A model generated the notes under the pieces. It saw only the letters and a list, made by a program, of their open reading frames with translations, searched no databases and had not been told where the DNA came from. From positions 1,139 to 65,138 of the forward strand of contig CACYQU010000004.1 in the NCBI GenBank assembly GCA_902776615.1: a stretch of DNA of 64,000 nucleotides, read 5' to 3'. Origin of the DNA: an uncultured bacterium (GTDB lineage Bacteria > Verrucomicrobiota > Kiritimatiellia > RFP12 > UBA1067). The position numbers and the translations under genes are program-made. This document shows, piece after piece, positions 35,610 through 43,479 of this stretch; within the stretch, counting starts at the first letter, position 1; each line of letters opens with the position of its first letter.

Positions 35610-37681
35610 GATGCCGCCAGCTCCACACGCTTGATTATCTGGTCTTGGTACGGCTTGTCCAGCTCGATGAAATAGCCGCTCCATCCCCATACCCGAACGA
35701 TCAGATGGCGATGGCGTTCGGGGTGTTTCTGCGCGTCGAGCAGAGTGTCGCGATTGATCGTGTTGATCTGCATTTGGTGTCCGCCGCGGTCGATAAAGAA
35801 CTTTACGAGATGCGCCACCTTCTCTACGCCGTCGGGCATGGCGAACGCGGAATCGTGTATTTCGATCGTAAGAGGGCCGCCGTTGCACACCGGACCGAGA
35901 TTCGGCTCGGTGAAAGACCGGACGACCGAGATCGGGCCTTTCACGGGCACATCAAGCGACGGCGCGTAGTTCGCCGAGAACGGTTCGCCAGAGAGACGCC
36001 CGTCGGCGGATGCAGGCACATCCCGCGTGTGCCATATGTAATACATCGCACTACCCGTTCCGGGACGGAATATCCCGCCGCGATCGTTGCGGCGTCCGTC
36101 GAAGGCGTGGCCCCAGAAATCAATGAGCCACTTGGCGATTTCGTCCGCGCGCGGATCGGCGTTGCCCATCTTCGGCGCAGCCTTGGCGGCGGCACGGATG
36201 TCGTCCCGTCCGGCGAAGTCGGTGTCGAGAAGTTTGACAAGCTCTGCGAGAGTAAGAAGGCGCTTCTCGAACACCAACTCGCGTACTGATGCCAGCGAAT
36301 CGACGGCGACAGCGATTCCGGTTCCGTGGATTCCGAAGTTGTTGTATTTCGCGCCCTTCGAGATGTCGCGGGCCTTTTCTATGCAACCGGTGGAGATCAC
36401 CGATACGAATGGTCCCGGCAGAATCTCTACGTGGGAATATTTCCCGACAAGCGCGTCCGCGCGGCGCTGGACTTCGGCCTTGAACTCAGCCTTCACATCC
36501 TCGAAAGAGACGCCTTCCGCCGGAGCGAGGCGCCTCAGCGACGCGTCCAGCGCGCCGACGAAACTGACGGCGTCGATGTTGTTTATGTCCATTCCGCAAC
36601 CAGGCACGAGGAATTCCCAGCACGCGGCCACGGAATAGTCGCGCGCGTCCTCCGTCGCGTAGCCCCAGCGTTCTAGCGCGGGAATGACTACATCGTCGTT
36701 CGCATACTGCGGAAAGCCCAGCCCCTTCGCCGTAAGTTCGGTGCCAAGTTCGTATATTTCGATTGGCGTGGACTTGTCGACGCGAAGGTTGATCTTGGGA
36801 TCGACAAGCTTCAGTTCTCCGCACGCCTTGAGGCACAGGCGCGAGAGGTCGTTGAAAGCGGGCGCGCCGTCACGCGTAACGCCGCCAAGCATGACCGACT
36901 GTCCGTTGTCGCCCTGCTGAACGCCGATGTAAAGGTCGCTGTCGCGGTTGCAGGCGATGAAAAACTCTTCGAGCTCTTCAAGCGCGCCGTCCGCGGTGAG
37001 CCGTCCGGCGTCGAGGTCGGCCTTGTAATAGGGATAAAGGTACTGGTCGATGCGTCCGAGACCGCAGTGATACTCCCCTTCGCACCACATCGCATAGTGG
37101 AGAATCCTCAGCGACTGCAGCGCTTCGTGGAAGGTCCGCGCGCCTTTGAGCGGCACGTGCGCGAGCGTCGCGGCAATCTCGCAAAACCCGCGCGCCTCGG
37201 CCGCCTTGCGATAGCGCTCCGCAAGATCGAGCACGGCGCGAACCGAGAGCGCCGCGTTTTCTAGAAACTCCACGCCCTCGGCGTCGCCTTCGGCGCGACA
37301 CTTCCCAAGGCGCGCCGATATTTCGTCGAGCCGCGCGCCGAGTCCGTCGCGAATCGTCGGGCCGAAATCGGCCGTCAGGTTGAAGACGACCCCCTTCTCG
37401 CCAAACGCGGTTCCGGACGCGCGTCGCGCGTCCATCTCGGCATCGGTATGGAGATCGGGAATCTGGCGGACGGTCCGGAGGAACGCCAGGCGTTCGCCGT
37501 CCATGAACTCAGGGCGCTCCTCACGCAGCATTTCCTCAAGTCCAACACGCGCACGCACGACATCGCCTGTACCTTCGGCGACGAAACGCGCCAACAGCGG
37601 TTTCCAGTCCACATCGCGGCGGAACTTCGCCTGTTCGCGATCGAATGTTCTGTCAAGGAGGGACTTAATCCTCTCGGTCAT
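35606..37681 (-). CDS. Glycyl-radical enzyme of the PFL superfamily, compact at about 692 aa and of unknown substrate specificity.
   Basis: The C-terminal Gly-radical motif region is IVRVWGWSGYFIELDK, about 25 aa from the C-terminus. The mid-protein Cys-loop region is RDYSVAACWEFLVPGCGM. The PFL-like N-terminal helical and barrel regions are present, and the cognate activase is coupled immediately downstream. Confidence 0.88.
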   Translation of the reverse strand: MTERIKSLLDRTFDREQAKFRRDVDWKPLLARFVAEGTGDVVRARVGLEEMLREERPEFMDGERLAFLRTVRQIPDLHTDAEMDARRASGTAFGEKGVVFNLTADFGPTIRDGLGARLDEISARLGKCRAEGDAEGVEFLENAALSVRAVLDLAERYRKAAEARGFCEIAATLAHVPLKGARTFHEALQSLRILHYAMWCEGEYHCGLGRIDQYLYPYYKADLDAGRLTADGALEELEEFFIACNRDSDLYIGVQQGDNGQSVMLGGVTRDGAPAFNDLSRLCLKACGELKLVDPKINLRVDKSTPIEIYELGTELTAKGLGFPQYANDDVVIPALERWGYATEDARDYSVAACWEFLVPGCGMDINNIDAVSFVGALDASLRRLAPAEGVSFEDVKAEFKAEVQRRADALVGKYSHVEILPGPFVSVISTGCIEKARDISKGAKYNNFGIHGTGIAVAVDSLASVRELVFEKRLLTLAELVKLLDTDFAGRDDIRAAAKAAPKMGNADPRADEIAKWLIDFWGHAFDGRRNDRGGIFRPGTGSAMYYIWHTRDVPASADGRLSGEPFSANYAPSLDVPVKGPISVVRSFTEPNLGPVCNGGPLTIEIHDSAFAMPDGVEKVAHLVKFFIDRGGHQMQINTINRDTLLDAQKHPERHRHLIVRVWGWSGYFIELDKPYQDQIIKRVELAAS

Positions 37682-37717
37682 CTCGCACCAACCTTTCTCT
37701 AATCGCAACCGCCAACC

Positions 37718-37787
37718 ACTAACAACTAACAACTAACCACTAACGACTAACAACTAACCGCTAACCACTAACAACTAACCACTAATC
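37718..37787. repeat. Heptanucleotide microsatellite: ten tandem CTAACNN/ACTAACN units (GTTAGNN on the coding strand). It spans the MFS stop codon and the MFS-GRE intergenic region.
   Basis: Read directly from the sequence: actaaca actaaca actaacc actaacg actaaca actaacc gctaacc actaaca actaacc actaatc. Confidence 0.75.
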
Positions 37788-39145
37788 CCCAGTCTCGCCT
37801 CGATATCCTCAATCGTACCGCCCTTGGTCTCAGGCATGAAGAATACGGCCCAAACAAGCTGAACGGCCATCATGAACGCGAAGAACGCGAACGCCCACGT
37901 ACCTGCGCTCTCGGCCACGACAGGGAATGCCCATGAAATCACCGTGCACATGAACCAGTGGGTGAAGCAACCGAGGGCCTGTCCCTTCGCCCTTACGACA
38001 TTCGGGAATACTTCGGAGATGTAAACCCATATCACCGCACCGGACGATACCGCGAAGAACGCTATGAAGCCGAGAATGCCTGCCATGGCGATCGCGGCGT
38101 TCGGATGCGGCAGCGAGAGCTGCCACGCAACGAGCGCATGCATGACGATCATGAGAGAGGCGCCGCAGATGATGAGAGCGCGGCGTCCGAACCGGTCGAT
38201 GAAGAAGAACGCGAGAATCGTGAACGTGAGGTTCACCACGCCGACGCCTATCGTGCCCGCGAGCGCGGCGAGTTCGCTTCCCTCGCCGAAGATGAGCTGG
38301 AAGATGCGCGGCGCATAGTAGTTGATGGCGTTTATGCCCGACACCTGATTGAAGAACGCTATCAAAAACGCCAGCATGATCGGCTTGGCGTAGCGCCGCT
38401 GGAAGAGCGCGACCTTCACGCCATTGGCTGCGGCGCGCAGGGATTCCGCAATCTCGGCAAGGGTCTTCTCGATTTCGGGATAGCCGATGCGCTCAAGAAC
38501 GCCGCGCGCGGCGTTCGCGCGATTCGCCCTCACAAGCCAGCGCGGAGATTCGGGAATCGTCGCGAGAAGCGCCATGAAAAGCGCAATCGGCACGCACTCC
38601 ATGCCAAGCATCACGCGCCACACAAGCTTGGGGTCGGCATTCGGCATGAACCGCGCCACGAGATAGTTTGAGATGTACGAGACCAGAATGCCGAACACGA
38701 TGTTGAGCTGATTCATCGCCACGAGCCGACCCCTGTATCTGCCGGGCGATACCTCGACAATGTAGAGCGGCACGACAACCGAAACGCCGCCTATAGCGAG
38801 CCCGCCGATGAAGCGGAACCATCCAAGCAAATGCGGCCCGAAAACCGGGCTGTGCGGAGTGAACGCGCAGCCCACTGCGGAGACGAGGAAGAGAACCGCC
38901 ATCAGCCACAGCGTCGGTTTGCGTCCCCACTTGTCGGACGGCGCGCCGGCGGTGAAAACGCCGATCACGGTTCCGATAAGCGCACCGGAGACGATAAGTC
39001 CGTGCCAAAACGCCGAAAGCGAAAACTCCGACTGGATGGCTTTTTCGCATCCGGAGATGACCCCCGAATCGAAACCGAAGAGGAATCCGCCCAAAGCGGC
39101 TACAACAACTATGTAAAAAAGAGACTTGTTCATTCGCTTAACCAA
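37775..39145 (-). CDS. MFS sugar porter (sugar:H+ symporter family), 12 transmembrane segments.
   Basis: Motifs GFLFGFDSGVISG, DKWGRKPT (the GRK motif) and IPESPRWL (the PESPR motif). At 456 aa. Confidence 0.9.
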   Translation of the reverse strand: MVKRMNKSLFYIVVVAALGGFLFGFDSGVISGCEKAIQSEFSLSAFWHGLIVSGALIGTVIGVFTAGAPSDKWGRKPTLWLMAVLFLVSAVGCAFTPHSPVFGPHLLGWFRFIGGLAIGGVSVVVPLYIVEVSPGRYRGRLVAMNQLNIVFGILVSYISNYLVARFMPNADPKLVWRVMLGMECVPIALFMALLATIPESPRWLVRANRANAARGVLERIGYPEIEKTLAEIAESLRAAANGVKVALFQRRYAKPIMLAFLIAFFNQVSGINAINYYAPRIFQLIFGEGSELAALAGTIGVGVVNLTFTILAFFFIDRFGRRALIICGASLMIVMHALVAWQLSLPHPNAAIAMAGILGFIAFFAVSSGAVIWVYISEVFPNVVRAKGQALGCFTHWFMCTVISWAFPVVAESAGTWAFAFFAFMMAVQLVWAVFFMPETKGGTIEDIEARLGISG

Positions 39146-39191
39146 ACATCATAGCATTTTCCGGGCGGATATTGCGTATCTCCGTATTTGA

Positions 39192-42100
39192 TTACCTGAC
39201 GATGATCATCATGCCAGGAGGCTCCGGCGCCCACTCAAGCTTGATGGTCTTGCCGACGAAATTTGTCTCGCTGTAGTCGAATTCCCTTCCGCTTTGGAAC
39301 GAACCCATCTTCTCCCAGTTGCCGTTCTCAAGCTCATAATAAAGGCGATAGCCAGCAACATCTTTGAGGTTTCCTTTGACGTCCTTGACCTTCGTCGCGG
39401 TGAACATCCAGCTTCCCTCGACCTTGTACGCGCCAGTCGCCTCGGCAAGCTCCTCCGCATCGCCCGCAACATCGGCGTACTTCGTCGTCACCAGTACGTT
39501 CGTCACGCCCAGCTCGCCGAAGTAGCGCGCGCTATCGACATTGCGGTTGCGGACGAGTTCCTCCTGCGTGAGAATGCGGTCGTAGAAGCGGAAGTCCTTC
39601 ACGGTGCCGACAAGGTAGCTGTCGGCTCCGCCGCCCCAGCCGCCGAGGGCCAGCTTGCCGACGTGGGCATCGGCCATCGACGACCGCTCCAGATATCCGT
39701 CCGCGATGGTTCCTCCGGTCGGCGGCTCGGTCCCCGTGAACACGGTCGCAGTGCGCTCGGCGTCGTCCAGCATCGTCGTCACGTAGGTGAAGCGCTCGGC
39801 ATCCGCGTTGGCGACATGTGGCATGTCATTGTGCGAATTAAGCCCCTGCGTGTGGAACCAGACTGTCTTGGGATTGGAGGTGCCGCAGATAACCAGCGCC
39901 ATTTTGCTCCAAGCGGAGGAATAGACGTAGTTCTCGCCATTGCCCGCCTTGTTATCGTCATAGAGGGCGTCCAGAACGGTCTGCTCCGTATAGGTCCGGT
40001 TCCAGACGTTCGATACCGCCGTCATGAACTTGCTCTTGCCGCCGAAGGCATAGCCGTCCGACGCCCAGGCGCTGTCGTCGTCACCCTTGGTGAGGCTCAT
40101 GTTGTAGTAGTCTCCGCCCGAACCGACGTTGACCCACTTCGAGGCGGTCGTGCTGTGCGCCACGCCGACGCCGGCGTTGAGAAGGCCGTCGTAGTGGAGG
40201 CGGAGCCCGGCGGGCGAGTAGTCGTCGAAGCCGTAGTCCGAGGCGGTGCGAAGGCCGCGCACGGGACGCCAGCGCCATGTGAGGCGGACGGCGCCTGCGG
40301 AGGTGGAGTAGGCGTAGGAGCAGGAATCGTAGGAGACGGGATTCGTCCACTCCGCACCGCTCCGCTGCTCAAGGATGTAGCCGTCGCAGACGTAGGTGAT
40401 GCCATTCGTGGCCGTCACGCTCTCCGGCGCGACGAAGGTGTAGGAGCCGACGACCTCGTAGCCGCCGCACTTGTCGTAGCCTTCGATGTAGGAGTAGGTC
40501 GATTGGACAATGACGTTCGGTTCGGCGTAGCGCCCGAAGTACCGGTATTCGTCGACCTTGCGGTTCTTAGCGACCTCGGCGTCGGTGAGCGCGCGGTTGT
40601 AGAGGCGAAAATCGTGGAGCGTCCCGTTAAAGCTCTGGAGGTTGGCGGCGTCCCCGGAGCGTCCGTGGAAGCCTCCGACGCTGAACCAGGTCACGTTGGT
40701 CGCCGGGGAGTCACCATCGATGGCCGGGGCGTCGGTGCCGCCGGCTGCCGGCCGCGCGGTGCCGCCGAAGATGTAGGTGGTCTTGGTGTCGTCATAATCG
40801 GCGATCACGGTCACGTAGGACGGCCTTGCGCCCGCCGGGTAGAAGTTGGGGCGCGCGTCCGGGTGGACGGTCGAGTTCACATAGTAAACGCTGTTGGCGT
40901 TGCCGTTCGCGGCGCTGTTGTTCGACTTGCGCATCGCAACGCTGCCATAGCTCCATCCGTGCTGGCCCGTCCAAAGGTAGGCGGGGTCGCCAAGCTGGTC
41001 GGCAATGGCACCCGTCACCGAAATCTGCACCGTGAAATTGGCGGGGACAGCAAACGGATCGCCATCGTTCCACTTGGCGAAATAGGACTTGCCGTTGAAG
41101 GCGAAGCCGTTCTCCGCCCACTCGCCCTGCGCGGCGCTGTTGCGGGCCCATGCGTAATTGCCGGCGGTATTTTCGAGATAGGAGCACCGGTCCATCGGCC
41201 AGCGGGCCGCGTAGCCGGGCGCGATGTTCTTCCACTGCATGGCGGCGGAGTCGTGCGCCGCGTCCGCGCCGACGTTGCGGATGCCGTCGTAGTGCAGGAG
41301 AAGACCGTCGGTCACATAGTCGTCCAGACCGTAGATCGCAAGCGAGCCTTCGCCAGGGACGGTGGAGTATTGCCAGGTGATGCGGACCTTCCCGGAAGAC
41401 GTCGCGGTGCAGGACGATTCGCCGTCGTGCGAAACGGGTTCTCCCCAATCGGAGTCGTTCCAGGTTTCCAGCGTGTAGCCGGAAAGGACGTGGCGCTTGC
41501 CGTTCACGGTGCGCTGCGCAGGGGCGGTAAACGTGAAACCCTCTGCGTCAAGCGCGTAGGCGCCGCACGGCTGATCGCCCTCGGCGCCGGGCGCGCTCGT
41601 GGCGACGACCACGTTCGTCATGGGAATCGGCGCGGAGGCGCGGAAAAAGCGCCATTCGTCGATCACGCGGTTCCACGCGAGGTCTTCCCCAGAGAGCGCC
41701 TTGGAGTAGTAGCGGATGGCGTGGAGTGTGCCGTTGAATGACTGGAGGGAGTTGCTGGCTTTTCTCGTGCGCGGCGGGTTGTCGTATTGAGAGCCGATCG
41801 CGAACCAGGGGTTGACGTCCTCCGCCGTCCTCGAACCGGCCTTGTAGGAGTTGCCGCCGGTCGAAGCCGTCGGAATCTCCGTTCCCTCGAAGACCCGGAT
41901 GGCTACCGTATCGGAGAGGATGGTCGCGTAGCGGGGATTGGCGTTCGAAAAGTTGGGGCGCGGCGTGTTGGCGCCGAAGCGGGTCCTGTCGATGGCGTAG
42001 ACGGCGTTCGCGGGCGTGGTGGAGCCGTTTGAGCCGTTTTCGGACTGGCGGATGGCGACGGCCCCGTATTCCCAGCCCTTCCCGGGCCGGAAGATGTAGC

Positions 42101-42578
42101 CCGTCGTGCCGTTCTCGTCCTTGAGGTCGGCGGTCGAAGCCGTCATCGCGAACTGGAGCGTGTAGGCGGGCCCCATGCTGAATGAGACCTTCGTCGCGGC
42201 AAAGCCCTCAAGCCCGTCAAAGGCGAAGCCGTTCGCGGTCCACGCGCCGTTCGCGGTGTTGCCGTCTTCGCGGGCGTACGAGTCGGCGGTCCCCTGCTTG
42301 ACCCAGCTGTACCATACGAGCGGACACTCGCCGTCCGAGGCCAGGTTCGCCCAGGTGACGGCCGCGTCGGAATGCGCGGCGTCCGCGCCGACGTTGCGGA
42401 TGCCGTCGTAGTGGAGGACAAGTCCGTCCTGGACGTAGTCGCCGACATCGTATGCCTTGAAGTCGGGGTTGTCCCAATACTTCACTCCCGCATATGCTGC
42501 GGAGGCGAATGAACAGGCCAGCGCAGCGACCGAAAGACGCGCGCCGGAGGCGAGAAGCTTTCCAGATATGCTTTTCAT
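39192..42578 (-). CDS. Large secreted protein (~1128 aa) built from three ~330-aa repeats, each containing a LamG/ConA-like lectin domain and a beta-sandwich domain. The start is at MKSISGKL..., which carries the signal peptide.
   Basis: Signal peptide MKSISGKLLASGARLSVAALACSFASAAYA. The repeats start YDVGDYVQDGLVLHYDGIRNVGADAAH, YGLDDYVTDGLLLHYDGIRNVGADAAH and YGFDDYSPAGLRLHYDGLLNAGVGVAH. The LamG_3 C-terminal strands are FNGTLHAIRYYSKALSGEDLAWN, FNGTLHDFRLYNRALTDAEVAKN and GTVKDFRFYDRILTQEELVRN. Its own -10 box and an AAGGAAGGA ribosome-binding site are present. Confidence 0.85.
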   Translation of the reverse strand: MKSISGKLLASGARLSVAALACSFASAAYAGVKYWDNPDFKAYDVGDYVQDGLVLHYDGIRNVGADAAHSDAAVTWANLASDGECPLVWYSWVKQGTADSYAREDGNTANGAWTANGFAFDGLEGFAATKVSFSMGPAYTLQFAMTASTADLKDENGTTGYIFRPGKGWEYGAVAIRQSENGSNGSTTPANAVYAIDRTRFGANTPRPNFSNANPRYATILSDTVAIRVFEGTEIPTASTGGNSYKAGSRTAEDVNPWFAIGSQYDNPPRTRKASNSLQSFNGTLHAIRYYSKALSGEDLAWNRVIDEWRFFRASAPIPMTNVVVATSAPGAEGDQPCGAYALDAEGFTFTAPAQRTVNGKRHVLSGYTLETWNDSDWGEPVSHDGESSCTATSSGKVRITWQYSTVPGEGSLAIYGLDDYVTDGLLLHYDGIRNVGADAAHDSAAMQWKNIAPGYAARWPMDRCSYLENTAGNYAWARNSAAQGEWAENGFAFNGKSYFAKWNDGDPFAVPANFTVQISVTGAIADQLGDPAYLWTGQHGWSYGSVAMRKSNNSAANGNANSVYYVNSTVHPDARPNFYPAGARPSYVTVIADYDDTKTTYIFGGTARPAAGGTDAPAIDGDSPATNVTWFSVGGFHGRSGDAANLQSFNGTLHDFRLYNRALTDAEVAKNRKVDEYRYFGRYAEPNVIVQSTYSYIEGYDKCGGYEVVGSYTFVAPESVTATNGITYVCDGYILEQRSGAEWTNPVSYDSCSYAYSTSAGAVRLTWRWRPVRGLRTASDYGFDDYSPAGLRLHYDGLLNAGVGVAHSTTASKWVNVGSGGDYYNMSLTKGDDDSAWASDGYAFGGKSKFMTAVSNVWNRTYTEQTVLDALYDDNKAGNGENYVYSSAWSKMALVICGTSNPKTVWFHTQGLNSHNDMPHVANADAERFTYVTTMLDDAERTATVFTGTEPPTGGTIADGYLERSSMADAHVGKLALGGWGGGADSYLVGTVKDFRFYDRILTQEELVRNRNVDSARYFGELGVTNVLVTTKYADVAGDAEELAEATGAYKVEGSWMFTATKVKDVKGNLKDVAGYRLYYELENGNWEKMGSFQSGREFDYSETNFVGKTIKLEWAPEPPGMMIIVR

Positions 42579-42603
42579 TTTGGCAGTTCCTTCCTTTGTG
42601 CCT

Positions 42604-42616
42604 ATATTATACCATA
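42604..42616 (-). promoter_or_regulatory. Extended -10 TGGTATAAT, about 30 nt upstream of the LamG-protein ATG and followed by a ribosome-binding site AAGGAAGGA.
   Basis: The minus strand reads TTTATGGTATAATATAGGCACAAAGGAAGGAACTGCCAAAATG. Confidence 0.45.
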
Positions 42617-42704
42617 AACTTACTTCCAATATTCGCGAATAGTCGTTATTTGGACTTACGCCCGATGGCCGCCACAGCCCACCCATTGATATCGCGACGA
42701 GAAT

Positions 42705-42714
42705 AATGTATAAT
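42705..42714 (+). promoter_or_regulatory. Extended -10 TGTATAAT, about 30 nt upstream of rph and divergent from the LamG promoter.
   Basis: The plus strand reads GAATAATGTATAATCTCTCCCGC...ATG. Confidence 0.4.
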
Positions 42715-42743
42715 CTCTCCCGCAAAGCAAAGGTCAACAAGAT

Positions 42744-43460
42744 ATGAAAACCATAAAGCAGAAAGCGCAAAGCCGCAAAAGCAACCAGCTTCGTCCAATC
42801 GAGTTCGTCCGCAATTTCACAAAGCATGCCGCGGGGAGCGTGCTTGTCAAATGGGGCGACACGTGGGTTCTCTGTACGGCAAGCGTGGAAGACAAGGTGC
42901 CTCCCTTCTTGAAGGATACAGGGAAAGGCTGGATAACTGCGGAATACTCGATGCTGCCATCATCCACCTGTGGCGGACGCAAAGATCGCGACATCAAGAA
43001 GCTGAAACAAGATGCGCGCTCCACGGAGATCCAGCGCCTTATCGGACGCTCCCTGCGAGCGGCGGTCGATATGTCAAAGCTTGGCGAACGCCAGATTACA
43101 ATCGACTGCGACGTGCTTCAAGCCGACGGCGGAACACGCTGCGCTTCGATAACAGGCGGAATGGTCGCCCTGCAAGACGCCATCGACAAACTGGTCGCAA
43201 GCGGAGTGCTGCACGAAAGTCCAATTGTCCATCGTGTCGCCGCAGTGTCTGTCGGCGTATGCGACGGCAAGCCGACGCTCGATCTCGATTACGCCCACGA
43301 TTCCACTGCAGAGGTCGATTTGAACGTCGTCATGACAGACGATGGGCGATACGTTGAACTTCAGGGCACGGCGGAGCACAAGCCTTTCACGGAGGAATCG
43401 CTTGACGCCCTGCGCACTTTGGCCCGCAACGGGCTCAAAAAGATATTCGCCCTCATGTAG
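42744..43460 (+). CDS. rph: Ribonuclease PH
   Basis: RNase PH family motifs ...RPIEF..., [42 protein letters not shown] and [22 protein letters not shown]. At 238 aa. Confidence 0.95.
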   Translation: MKTIKQKAQSRKSNQLRPIEFVRNFTKHAAGSVLVKWGDTWVLCTASVEDKVPPFLKDTGKGWITAEYSMLPSSTCGGRKDRDIKKLKQDARSTEIQRLIGRSLRAAVDMSKLGERQITIDCDVLQADGGTRCASITGGMVALQDAIDKLVASGVLHESPIVHRVAAVSVGVCDGKPTLDLDYAHDSTAEVDLNVVMTDDGRYVELQGTAEHKPFTEESLDALRTLARNGLKKIFALM

Positions 43461-43479
43461 AGGGGCGACTGTCGCCGCA

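Noticed and set aside
39294-41741. An 815-aa plus-strand ORF.
   Set aside because: It is antisense to the triple-LamG gene, Gly/Ala/Arg/Val-rich, and has no motifs.
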